A stretch of 64,000 nucleotides of DNA from Verrucomicrobiota bacterium (lineage in GTDB: Bacteria; Verrucomicrobiota; Verrucomicrobiia; Palsa-1439), in the NCBI GenBank assembly GCA_003164675.1, contig PLTX01000034.1, forward strand, positions 9,680-73,679, in the 5' to 3' direction. The notes beneath the pieces were generated by a model. That model did no database searches. It was not told the origin of the DNA and saw only the letters and a list, made by a program, of their open reading frames with translations. The translations under genes and the position numbers were made by a program. Of the stretch, positions 54,830 to 64,000 are shown piece after piece (positions within the stretch are counted from its first letter, which is position 1; the number at the start of each line of letters is the position of its first letter).

Positions 54830-57800
54830 TCACGCCTTCAGTGCCGCTGTAAACCTCGGCACAGTCTCAAACAAATCACCCACAATAGGCACAACCTTGG
54901 GCCGGGCGCGGCGTTTGTTCAACGTCATCAGGGGCGCATCGGCGTCCTTGTTGAAGGCGATGATGGTGGCTTGTTCGCCGATGTAATCGACGTGTTGCGG
55001 CGCGCCGCTGACGCCGATGGAGATGATGAGCTTCGGGTTGACGGCGGTGCCGGTCTGGCCGATCTGTTGCTCGAAGGTAAGCAGCTTCAATTCCTCGACG
55101 ACTTTACGGGTGCCACCGAGCATGACGTTCTTCACCCCAATTTCCTCGAGGCGTTTCTTGAGCGGCAGGATCACCAAATCGAAATTCTCCCGATTGCGCA
55201 CGGCGTAGCCGACATCAATGATGAACTCGGCATCGGCAATGGATTTCACGCCACTGTCGTCGTGCGTGGCTCGTAGCGCTTGGGCCAGTTCGTCGGTTGC
55301 GGCATCGTATTCAAACTCCAGTGGAACCAGAAACACATGCTTCTCGCTCTCCGCTCTTCCCTTTCCTCTCTCCGCTTCACCCGCCACGGTCATAGCCAGC
55401 GGATGCTCGGCGATTTGTCCGATGGTCGCGACGCGTTGGACCTTGCCGCCGAAGGCCGGGGAGACGAGATCGACGCTGCCATTGCGGGAAACGGCCTCGA
55501 CCACGTTGTAGCGGGCTTGCACACGCGGGAACGTCCGGGCGAATTGCGCAAGAAGTTCGTTGGCCCACGTGCCGGAAGCCAGCACAGCGGGCAACAGATC
55601 CTTCCATATGGTTTGCAGCGCCGCGAGTAGGGCGGATGAAGTGGAATTTTGCAGATGTTCAGAACTGACGAAGTAAATGGAATCAGCGTTTACGCGGGCG
55701 GCGACCGAGCGGACGGATGCTTCGTCAAAGCAGCCGAGCATCAATACGTGAAAGGGCAGAGACAGCACGGCGGCCGTCGCGGCAGCGGTTTCGACGCCGT
55801 CAAGTTTATCGGGCGTGGCGACGAACACGGCTGCGTTACGCCCCGGGAGTTTGTCCGGGGTGATTGACTCGATTTTGCCCGAGAACGAGCCGCTGCCCCG
55901 TGTCATTGTTTCAACACGCGCGATCTTCCGCACCAAGGCAGCAACGGCTTCGGGCGTTGTTTCCATGCCCTCTGCGACGGTTGGTTTCCCGGGTAATCGG
56001 TAGCGCAGATCAAACTGCGGACCAGTCGCGAGTTGTGCGGCATCGACGACTTCGAGGGGCTTGGTCAATGCGTCGAGATAATCATCGACGCTGAACTCGA
56101 GGTCGGTCGAGGAATCGGCCATGGCGAGGACGACAGGGCCATCGGTGGCGATCGAAACATCGAGTTTTTGCAGGCTAAGTTTTGTTTGATCGCCGGCAAT
56201 GATGAAGCCCTTGACGTTGGAAAAATGCGCCTGGCCGAGATTGCCCGCGAGAACGGCGGCGAGAACGGCGTCGCCACACAAGACGAGGTCGCAGGGTAAT
56301 TGCTTCTGGCCGGCGAGATCGGCAATAAGCCGCGCGGCATCGTGCGGGCTGTCGAGAAGATCGTCAGTTTTGATCAAGGCAGCGTTGTCGGCGCCAAGCG
56401 CGAGGGCACGGAGCAATGATTCCGTGGCGAATTGTGGAGCGGCGGCGATCGCGGTGACCGTGACGTTGTCGGAAGCGGATTTCAATTCGATGGCGTGTTG
56501 GAGTGCCGAGCGACTGGCCGCGTCGATGTCAAAATGCGTTTCCAACAACTCGCCGTTGATGACGCGAGGTCGCGGCGAGAGAACGGGCGCGATGTTCAAC
56601 ACGACCAGCACGTGCAGCGGGTGCGTCACGCGGTGGGCGGGGCGGGCGCGGTGTTCGGTTTCGCGGCCTTCGTGCGCTTGCAGCGATAATTGCGCGACTC
56701 GGATGTCGGGCGGGTAGAGGCCTTGCTTGAGCAATGTGAGATCGCGCTCGAATTCTGACTGGAGCCGCTCGATCTCGCGTTTGGCGTAGTCGAGATAGGC
56801 CTGGCAGGATTGTTCTGCAAATGTGCGATGAGAGGCATCGGTGTCCGCGCAATTCTGTTTGAGCCACTTGGTGCGCCAAAGGGCGGAGTCCACCACTTTT
56901 AGGTAACCCGCGATCTCGGCGAGCTTGAACATGATGGGCTGGAAATTCGCATTCTGCCAGGTTTGCGCGCCGAAGGTGTCGGCAGCGCGGCGCAACGTGC
57001 GGAGGAAGGTAACCCGGGCTGCTTCCAGCGGATCGGCTGGCAGCTCGCCCTCCAGTTTTGCCTGCGGTAGTACGTGGTCGAGCAAGTCGCGGAGGATGAG
57101 GAAGCGTTGGACTTCGTTGGTGCCTTCGTAGATGTTCAGGACGCGGGCGTCGCGGCGATGCTTTTCCAATTCGTGCATCTGGGTACTACCTTCGATGCCC
57201 ATGATCTTTTCGGCAGCACGGATGGTGCGATGGAGGGCTTCGCTGGCGTAATATTTGCCGATGGCGGACTCGGTGCGGACGGATTTCGTGCCGTGATGAT
57301 CGGCGCGGCCAATGAGTTCATAGGCAAGCGACTCGGTGGCGTATAACTCGGTGGCCATGCCGCCGAGGATTTGCAGGGCCCATTCTTCCTTGTCGAGTTT
57401 GTGGTCGAGAATGAACGCGCGGGTTTGTTCGACGATTTTCGCCATCATCGACACGGCGCTGACACAGAGGCCGAGGCGGCCGACATTGAGGGTCTCGAGC
57501 GCATTGACCTGGCCGCGGCCTTCGATGCCGATGACGTTTTCGCGCGGGACGCGGACGCTGGTGAGGCCGAGTTCGTTGGTCGGCGAGCCGCGCTGGCCCA
57601 TTTTCTCCTCGTCTTTGCCAACGACAAGCCCTTCGGCGTGACGATCAACCATGAAACCGGTCGGACCTTCCTTCGTGCGGGCGTACAGACAGAAAACGCC
57701 GGCGACATGGCCGTTGGTGATCCACATCTTCGCGCCGTTGAGCTCGTAATACTCGTAGAACTCCTCGTCGCCGTCGCGGCGGATTTGCGCGATGTCGTGG

Positions 57801-60800
57801 ATGGGGATGCGCTTGCCATTGTGTTGGTAGTAACGGAACTTCGTCGGGTCGTCGGTCTTGTAGTCGTACTCGCTATAATCAATCTTCGAGAGATCGACGG
57901 TCGCGGCGTCGATGATGTTTTTGCGGTCCGTGCCGAGCATGAAATATTTCGCGCCGTCGGCGTCGGTGAGGACCTCGACCCTTTTCAATTCGGCGCGGGT
58001 CTGAATTCCGCCGGAATCGGAGCCGGCGCTGGGTTCGGTCAGGGCGAACGCGCTGATCTGGCCGGCGGAGATGAGACGGAGAAAAAATTTGTGGGCCTCG
58101 GCGCGGCGGTCGAGTTCGGCAATGACGGCTTCGGCGCGGGGTTGGAGCGAATCGAGTGTGGCGAGCGACTTTTGAAGTTCGCTCTTGAACGCGACGAGGT
58201 CGGTACGCAGGCCGGCGCGGCCGGCATCCATGAAATGAGAGAGAAAATCGCTGGCGATGGCGCGGAGCATCGGTTTCTTGCCGATGTCAGTCTTCACTCT
58301 TTCGCCCAAGTCGGTGAAGACTTTCTTCACCTTGAGCGCTTCCGGTGATTCCAACATGCGAAGGATCCGCGAGATTTCCGATTTGAGATTGGAGAGGAGC
58401 GACGTGTTGGACAGAAACTCCTGCAGATCGGCTTTGGCGCGCGGCAGATCCTGGTTGAGGCCGAGTAGGATCGGCGTGGTGCCGATGCTCGAATGGGCCA
58501 TGATCGTCAGCGCGTACGACGGGTCGGCGTAGCGCATCGAGAGTGGGCAGAGGATGTAGTAGTGCGCCTTGAGCAGGCCTTCGCCGCCGAATTCCTTCGG
58601 GATGTACATACGGGTGAAACCGCGGGCAATCATGTCGCGTACGTCGGGGAGCGGGACCATGTGCAGTTTCTCGACGAGGCGGTGATAGGGCAGGCCATCG
58701 AAACGGGCGTTCCAGAATTTCTCGGTGAAATATTTGTGGAGCTCGTTGAAATAGGCATTGAGCTCGGCGTCAGCGTGCAGCATTTCGGGCGTGAAGCGCC
58801 AGGAGTTGGCGTCGAATGGTTTTACGAGGAAATCGCCGTAGTCGTATTCCTGTTTCGTGTCGAGTGCTTCGCGGTAATTGAATGCGGGCGGGCGTTGGAG
58901 AGGTGCTTCGATGTAGCCATGTTCAAGAACGGATGCGCCAAGGCCGGTGGGATGGGGTATGGGCGTTGCGCCCGTGAACATTTTGGCGAGTTCGGCGTCG
59001 AGTTCGCTGGTGATGGGGAGGGGGCGAATGGCGGCTTGCGAGAAGGCGGAGAGTTTGGCGTTGACCTCCGGACCGACTTGGCGACGGAGTTCCTCGTTGT
59101 CGTAGAGCAGATACGCGAAGCTGACGCTGTCGCGATAGAATTTGGAGAGAACATCGTCTTCGCTGTAAGCGGTGCCGCCGAAGATCTGGCCGGCGTTGTA
59201 GGTGAGGCTGCCGGGATCAGGTCCGAGAGCCTCCGAAGCGAGCAGTTTGACCAGCGCGGGTTCCTTGTCGGCCTGTGGGAGCAACGCCTTCAGAAGATGG
59301 ACCTGTGCTTCCATTTCGCTCAGGAGTTTTTTGACGGAGCCGAACTTGATGATGCCGTCATGCCCATCTTCGTCCTTAAAGAGCCCCGGGAATTGAACGC
59401 GGCTCGTGGCGTGCTGGTGGCAGCGTTCCAACAACATTTCGCCCGCGCCGAGCGCGATGGCGCAGAGGTCGGTGGCGGTTTGCTGCAGTGTCAGGGTTTG
59501 TTCCGGCACAAATTCTTTCCACACACTGCGGGCAGCCGTGAGGCCGATCCATGGGTGCTCCGCGAGTTCGGGTCGGGCGGCGACCTGTGCGGAGTAAATT
59601 CCGGAAACAAGCGCGGCCAGCGCCGGGTCGCGGCGGGCGAGTTCGCGCAGGATGATGTCCCGCGGCGGCGACGCGGCCTCGGCCAGGACGTGCAGGAAGT
59701 TCCTCTGTTCCTGCGCGAGCGGGTTGCCGTGTTCGAGGTCTTTGATGGCCTGTTTCGAAAAAAGCTTTTCGAGACGCGCCACCATGGCGATGCGCGTTTG
59801 GAGCGGTCGGTCGACGGGCGGCACGGGTGGCGGCGGGAGATGTTCCAGCAACTGGCGCGCGTCGGCCTCGGCCCAGAAGAATTTGCGGCGCTTGGCGTGG
59901 ACGACGATGCGAGCGATCTGCTGGTCGATGCGCGGGTTCTTGATGTCGGCGGCGATGGGTTGCGCCTCAACGAGCAGATGCTGCAACCAGCGGGTACGGC
60001 CGGCGTCGACGTAGCGTGGCCCGGCGTAGACGGTTTCGGAGAATTCGTGGAGTTTGGCGGAGAGCGCGAGGACCTTGTCGGGCTTTGTGTTCAGAGCGAG
60101 ACCAGTAATGTCGACTTCGCGGGGGAGACTTCTTGTGTTATCCGGCGCGGTGGACTTTTGCAGCGCGAGAAGTTTCGCATTGGCGATGGTTGGGGCGCTG
60201 TAAATCAGGCGCTGCTTGCGCTGACGGGTCCAATCAACGTCATTCGGGGCGGAGCGCCAGCAGGTTTCGCATTTGACGCAGTTTTCAAAATTGACGACGA
60301 GCTGCGACTGGCCGAGGTCGTCGGTGAGACATTCGTAGACCCTGGCGGGGCAAACGTGCCAGAGCGGGGACTCGGCGATCTTGGCGCGGTTCTCGAAGTT
60401 CTCGGGACGGAAGACCTTGATGTGCGAGTGATGCTCGGAGAAATAGCGGATGAGCGAAAGCTTTTCCTCCCACGGCTGCTCGATTCTCACAGCGTCGGGG
60501 TCAAGCTTCACGCGGTCACGGGTGAGTGCACGATATTTCTGGAAGAAGCCGGAGAGGAATTTCTCAGGTGAAGGGCGCGTGATAATGAGCCAGATGAGTT
60601 CGCAGATCCATTGGATCGGCATTAGCACGAGCAACAGTGCGGCGAAGACAGGGAAGGCGATGTGGTCGAACAAGCTCAAGCTATGTCTGGCGGAACGGAT
60701 GGCCCGGGAAAGCTTGACGGGCAACGTTGTGTCATCGTTGCGATACAAGTGGTCGGCGGCGACGGCGAGAATTTGTGGCGCTTTACGGAACAGAACCGAA

Positions 60801-62284
60801 ATGGGCGGAAGGAAACTGGATAGCGGCTCGCCATCGACGCAGAAATCGAGATGGAGTTTGCCGCCGGCGGATGAAGATATGATGAATGATTTTGCGGAGG
60901 GCTTGGTGGCGGCCTTCAGACCGAGCGCGTCGCGTTGTTCGCGAAGATCGCGAAAGAGCGGGACCCATTGTTTCAGAGGTAATGTTTCGCGGGTGAACTT
61001 GGCGAGTTGCCAGAGTTTCTGGTGCGTGCCAAGCGAGGGATTGCTGGCGATGTAGAGCGTGCCGGTGGCCAGGTCGGCGGCGCGACCGAAAAACACGCGC
61101 GTATGCTCGACGTAGTGCGGCCATTTTTCCAGGAACTCGACGTTTTTGAAATAATGCGTGTTGCGGAGCGGACGTTCGTAGAGTTCTTCGAGGCGCGCGC
61201 GAGAGAAGGTTCTGTCGGTTGTGCGGATTTCCAGAATTGCGTGGGCAAACAGGTGCCCCATCGCCGTGGCCGGGCCGGTGAAATTGGGGTAGGGGAAATC
61301 GAGACCGACGCCGGTGGCGGCGCCGCCGATGGCCAGGCCGTTGTCGACGAGTTGCGGGAGTTCGCGAACGCCCCCGCCACGGATGATTTTCGCGCCGTAG
61401 GCGGTCGAGCGACTGTTGTTGGTCCAGCGTTTGACTTCGGGCAGGCCCTTGAACCATTCCATGAGACGGTTGTGGTCGCCGCCGAACTCTTTGCTGAGAT
61501 TCTCAAGCGGCAGCACAAGGCCAAGCGAGATGCTGGACTTGTTCGTGTACAGGAAGCCGCCCATGTTGAGATTGGCCGTGCGATTGTGGATCGAGCCGTT
61601 GCGCAGCAGGATTTCGAAGGCGGCGCCTTCGCCTTTTGGCAGCGCGAACGTGTGCTCGATGTAATCGGGGTCGACCTCGATGATTTCCTTGATGCCCTGG
61701 AGGAAATGCGGCGCGCCGGGGTCGGTGGTGCGTTCGTAGCCTTCCTTCGAGACGAGCTGCGATGCGTCGCCTTCGGCGAGGAACACCACGTCGGCATAGA
61801 TGGAGCCACGGTCGGTATGAACGCCGATGATGCGGTTGTTCTCGTCGCGGAGCAGGCCGTCGACCGTCGTCTCCGTGAGAATGTGCGCGCCGAAAGATTT
61901 CGCGAGTTCGGCGAGGTAGTGATCGTAGGTGGGGCGCAGAACGGTGTAGCAATTGGTGAAGGTGGAAGGGTTGCGGTAGCTGAGTCCGGCGAGCGAGTGG
62001 CCATTGTAGATGTAGAAGCCACGTTTGGTGACGGGACGTTCGTGGGCGGAGTTGCGAACCACCTCTTCGCCAAGGACATCCGGTTGGGCGAGGTTCTCGG
62101 TGAAATAGACCGCGCCCGACCAATTCTCCGCCCCGGGAAACGCGCCGGCCTCGATGACAAGGACAGGGATGTCCGCCTTCGCCAGAGCGATGGCGGCGGT
62201 GATACCGGCTGGTCCTGCCCCCACGATGACGACGTCATATTCCCAGGAAGCCATGCGCGGATCATTATAGAGAGTCCGTAGCAT
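54830..62284 (-). CDS. 2484-aa multidomain megaprotein: ETF-ubiquinone oxidoreductase (FixC/FixX-like) + acyl-CoA dehydrogenase + ETF beta + ETF alpha fused in one ORF
   Basis: Uninterrupted 7455-nt ORF. The N-terminus YDVVIVGAGPAGITAAIALAKADIPVLVIE (FAD Rossmann) runs through a membrane-association helix to VCPARVYEC...NFENCVKCETCW (ETF-QO 4Fe-4S domain, about aa 650-690). The ACAD core follows at about aa 1250-1760 (AFALTEPSAGSDSGG, NGAKMWITNG, YEGTNEVQRFLILRDLL). An ETF-beta-like block is VLVVLNIAPV...ALGADNAALI. The ETF-alpha C-terminal FAD domain is QIGQTGTAVNPKLIISIGVSGAPQHVDYIGEQATIIAFNKDADAPLM...IVGDLFETVP. Confidence 0.85.
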   Translation of the reverse strand: MLRTLYNDPRMASWEYDVVIVGAGPAGITAAIALAKADIPVLVIEAGAFPGAENWSGAVYFTENLAQPDVLGEEVVRNSAHERPVTKRGFYIYNGHSLAGLSYRNPSTFTNCYTVLRPTYDHYLAELAKSFGAHILTETTVDGLLRDENNRIIGVHTDRGSIYADVVFLAEGDASQLVSKEGYERTTDPGAPHFLQGIKEIIEVDPDYIEHTFALPKGEGAAFEILLRNGSIHNRTANLNMGGFLYTNKSSISLGLVLPLENLSKEFGGDHNRLMEWFKGLPEVKRWTNNSRSTAYGAKIIRGGGVRELPQLVDNGLAIGGAATGVGLDFPYPNFTGPATAMGHLFAHAILEIRTTDRTFSRARLEELYERPLRNTHYFKNVEFLEKWPHYVEHTRVFFGRAADLATGTLYIASNPSLGTHQKLWQLAKFTRETLPLKQWVPLFRDLREQRDALGLKAATKPSAKSFIISSSAGGKLHLDFCVDGEPLSSFLPPISVLFRKAPQILAVAADHLYRNDDTTLPVKLSRAIRSARHSLSLFDHIAFPVFAALLLVLMPIQWICELIWLIITRPSPEKFLSGFFQKYRALTRDRVKLDPDAVRIEQPWEEKLSLIRYFSEHHSHIKVFRPENFENRAKIAESPLWHVCPARVYECLTDDLGQSQLVVNFENCVKCETCWRSAPNDVDWTRQRKQRLIYSAPTIANAKLLALQKSTAPDNTRSLPREVDITGLALNTKPDKVLALSAKLHEFSETVYAGPRYVDAGRTRWLQHLLVEAQPIAADIKNPRIDQQIARIVVHAKRRKFFWAEADARQLLEHLPPPPVPPVDRPLQTRIAMVARLEKLFSKQAIKDLEHGNPLAQEQRNFLHVLAEAASPPRDIILRELARRDPALAALVSGIYSAQVAARPELAEHPWIGLTAARSVWKEFVPEQTLTLQQTATDLCAIALGAGEMLLERCHQHATSRVQFPGLFKDEDGHDGIIKFGSVKKLLSEMEAQVHLLKALLPQADKEPALVKLLASEALGPDPGSLTYNAGQIFGGTAYSEDDVLSKFYRDSVSFAYLLYDNEELRRQVGPEVNAKLSAFSQAAIRPLPITSELDAELAKMFTGATPIPHPTGLGASVLEHGYIEAPLQRPPAFNYREALDTKQEYDYGDFLVKPFDANSWRFTPEMLHADAELNAYFNELHKYFTEKFWNARFDGLPYHRLVEKLHMVPLPDVRDMIARGFTRMYIPKEFGGEGLLKAHYYILCPLSMRYADPSYALTIMAHSSIGTTPILLGLNQDLPRAKADLQEFLSNTSLLSNLKSEISRILRMLESPEALKVKKVFTDLGERVKTDIGKKPMLRAIASDFLSHFMDAGRAGLRTDLVAFKSELQKSLATLDSLQPRAEAVIAELDRRAEAHKFFLRLISAGQISAFALTEPSAGSDSGGIQTRAELKRVEVLTDADGAKYFMLGTDRKNIIDAATVDLSKIDYSEYDYKTDDPTKFRYYQHNGKRIPIHDIAQIRRDGDEEFYEYYELNGAKMWITNGHVAGVFCLYARTKEGPTGFMVDRHAEGLVVGKDEEKMGQRGSPTNELGLTSVRVPRENVIGIEGRGQVNALETLNVGRLGLCVSAVSMMAKIVEQTRAFILDHKLDKEEWALQILGGMATELYATESLAYELIGRADHHGTKSVRTESAIGKYYASEALHRTIRAAEKIMGIEGSTQMHELEKHRRDARVLNIYEGTNEVQRFLILRDLLDHVLPQAKLEGELPADPLEAARVTFLRTLRRAADTFGAQTWQNANFQPIMFKLAEIAGYLKVVDSALWRTKWLKQNCADTDASHRTFAEQSCQAYLDYAKREIERLQSEFERDLTLLKQGLYPPDIRVAQLSLQAHEGRETEHRARPAHRVTHPLHVLVVLNIAPVLSPRPRVINGELLETHFDIDAASRSALQHAIELKSASDNVTVTAIAAAPQFATESLLRALALGADNAALIKTDDLLDSPHDAARLIADLAGQKQLPCDLVLCGDAVLAAVLAGNLGQAHFSNVKGFIIAGDQTKLSLQKLDVSIATDGPVVLAMADSSTDLEFSVDDYLDALTKPLEVVDAAQLATGPQFDLRYRLPGKPTVAEGMETTPEAVAALVRKIARVETMTRGSGSFSGKIESITPDKLPGRNAAVFVATPDKLDGVETAAATAAVLSLPFHVLMLGCFDEASVRSVAARVNADSIYFVSSEHLQNSTSSALLAALQTIWKDLLPAVLASGTWANELLAQFARTFPRVQARYNVVEAVSRNGSVDLVSPAFGGKVQRVATIGQIAEHPLAMTVAGEAERGKGRAESEKHVFLVPLEFEYDAATDELAQALRATHDDSGVKSIADAEFIIDVGYAVRNRENFDLVILPLKKRLEEIGVKNVMLGGTRKVVEELKLLTFEQQIGQTGTAVNPKLIISIGVSGAPQHVDYIGEQATIIAFNKDADAPLMTLNKRRARPKVVPIVGDLFETVPRFTAALKA

Positions 62285-62368
62285 TTGAAAAGTCTCGCTC
62301 GAAAATATCGCACAGGCTGTGGAACTTCTGTAGAGTGACGGGTGTCAGACTTCGATGGAGGGCAGATT

Positions 62369-63811
62369 ATGAAGCTACGCAGGCTGATGATTCCGCTGGC
62401 CGCTGTTCTTGCCGCCACGACCGCTCTCGCTGTCGATCAACCGCAAGAAGGTGTGGCGCTCACGATCTACAACCAGAACTTCGGCGTGGTGCGCGAGCGA
62501 CGCAAGGTCAAAGTCGAGGAGCAGATCGGCACGGTGCGGTTTTCCGATGTCGCGTCACAGATCGATGGCACGAGCGTGCAGTTCAAGTCGATCACCGACC
62601 CCGACGCCGCCGTGTTGGAGCAAAACTACGAGTACGACCTCGTTTCCGCCGACAAGCTGTTGGAGAAATACATCGACAAACAAATTGAGGTGCTGACGAA
62701 GGACGGCTCGCACTATTTGGGCACCTTGCAGAGTTTTGATGGCAACCAACTCGTCATTCGTCAGGCCGGCGAGAAAGCCGGGATTGTGATGGTGCAGCGC
62801 GGCGACAACGTGAAGGACATCCAGTTTGGCGCGTTGCCGGAGGGATTGATTACCAAACCCACACTGGTGTGGAAACTGGCCACGGAGAAGGTTGGGGAAC
62901 AGTTGATCGAGGTGGCGTATCAAACCGGCGGGATCAACTGGCAGGCGGATTACAACGCCGTGCTCAACGCGAAAGACACGGCACTCGATCTCGGCGGCTG
63001 GGTGACGATCAACAACCAATCAGGCGCGACCTACAAGGACGCGAAGTTGAAGTTGATTGCGGGAGATGTACGCCGCGTGCAGATGCCGGTGCCGCAAGGC
63101 GCAGTAGGTTCTTATCGCGCCATAGGCATGGCGAGAGAGGCTGCTGGCTTCGAGGAGAAGGCGTTCTTCGAGTATCACCTGTACACACTCGGGCGGCCGG
63201 CTACCGTGGCGCAGAATCAGACGAAGCAGATTGAACTGCTGAAAACGGCGGGCGTTCCCATGAAGAAAGTCTTTCTTTACGATGGCGCACCGCAGTTTCG
63301 ATTCTACGGTGGGTTGAACAGCGACGCCAGTTATGGCAGCGAAGAAGGCAACAAGAAGGTCAACGTCCTCATCGAGGTCAAGAACTCGAAGGACAACCAT
63401 ATGGGGATGGCGTTGCCGAAAGGGAAGGTGCGGTTGTACAAGCGCGACGAGGCGGACGGGTCGCTGGAGTTCGTCGGCGAGGACGAGATCGACCACACGC
63501 CGAAGGATGAAACGGTAAAGCTGCACATCGGTGACGCGTTCGACGTTGTGGGTGAGCGCAAGCGGACGAATTTCAGTATCGATGTCAATGCCCACGTGAT
63601 CACCGAGAGCTTCGAGACTCGCATCCGCAACCACAAGACCGAGCCCGTCGAAGTCCTCGTCAAGGAGACCCTTTACCGCTGGAACAACTGGGAAATCACC
63701 CAGTCGAACCAGAAGTGGACGAAGTACGACTCCAACACGATTCACTTCCCTGTGAAGGTGGATAAGGACGGTGAAGCGGTAGTGACGTACACGGTGAAGT
63801 ATACTTGGTGA
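62369..63811 (+). CDS. Secreted DUF4139/DUF4140-family protein (TIGR02231-like)
   Basis: Signal peptide MKLRRLMIPLAAVLAATTALA. Beta-rich, about 480 aa, with N- and C-terminal domains characteristic of the family. The ORF opens at 62342. Confidence 0.55.
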   Translation: MKLRRLMIPLAAVLAATTALAVDQPQEGVALTIYNQNFGVVRERRKVKVEEQIGTVRFSDVASQIDGTSVQFKSITDPDAAVLEQNYEYDLVSADKLLEKYIDKQIEVLTKDGSHYLGTLQSFDGNQLVIRQAGEKAGIVMVQRGDNVKDIQFGALPEGLITKPTLVWKLATEKVGEQLIEVAYQTGGINWQADYNAVLNAKDTALDLGGWVTINNQSGATYKDAKLKLIAGDVRRVQMPVPQGAVGSYRAIGMAREAAGFEEKAFFEYHLYTLGRPATVAQNQTKQIELLKTAGVPMKKVFLYDGAPQFRFYGGLNSDASYGSEEGNKKVNVLIEVKNSKDNHMGMALPKGKVRLYKRDEADGSLEFVGEDEIDHTPKDETVKLHIGDAFDVVGERKRTNFSIDVNAHVITESFETRIRNHKTEPVEVLVKETLYRWNNWEITQSNQKWTKYDSNTIHFPVKVDKDGEAVVTYTVKYTW

Positions 63812-64000
63812 TCCGCCTTCGCTGCAGCTACGGCGCGACAAGGCGGGACAGATCCAACGTTCAACGGTTAACGCTCAACGGTGAGGGAGCGACGGGCGTG
63901 GAGCCGAAATCGCCAAGGGCGCGCAATTGCGCGAGTTGAAACACTGGACTTGCGGTAGGGGCGCTTGTTACGATTCGGACATGTCGGGGGGTACAACGGC

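Noticed and set aside
58493-60571. 692-aa plus-strand ORF, with 57371..58348 and 61007..62281 likewise, antisense to the megaprotein gene
   Set aside because: Arg/Gly/Ala-rich, no recognisable domains, and entirely antisense to a gene with strong homology. These are typical spurious long ORFs of high-GC DNA.
1-64000. CRISPR arrays and rRNA genes
   Set aside because: No regularly spaced direct repeats with unique spacers. No 16S/23S/5S-like conserved stretches were seen.

Overview
This is a 64 kb, high-GC (about 60%) chromosomal segment. Prepilin-like H-X9-DG proteins suggest a PVC-superphylum bacterium (Verrucomicrobia/Planctomycetes-like), though this is tentative. The backbone is housekeeping: lexA, hemB, recD2, rlmD, obg, a complete 14-subunit nuo (complex I) operon with a fused nuoE-nuoF, a fumC/aspA-family lyase, erpA, def, argA and glpD-glpQ. 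Interspersed accessory content: BrnT/BrnA, HEPN/MNT and a solitary RelE-like toxin; three families of short palindromic/MITE-like repeats, several of them inside the nuo operon and one in-frame in a CDS; a tandem array of GYF_2(DUF4339)-domain membrane paralogs; and a MidA/NDUFAF7-like methyltransferase divergent from nuoA. Two loci stand out. The first is a low-GC two-gene module (DUF5131/Gp37-Gp68 three-Cys protein plus a probable TcmP partner) wedged between a secreted protein and recD2, with a truncated N6-adenine methyltransferase nearby. The second is a single 2484-aa ORF that fuses a complete ETF-ubiquinone oxidoreductase (FixC/FixX-like), an acyl-CoA dehydrogenase, ETF-beta and ETF-alpha into one polypeptide, carrying the whole acyl-CoA-to-quinone electron relay. 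There is also an ankyrin-repeat gene of about 1170 aa split by a 1-nt frameshift. No rRNA, tRNA or CRISPR array was found.
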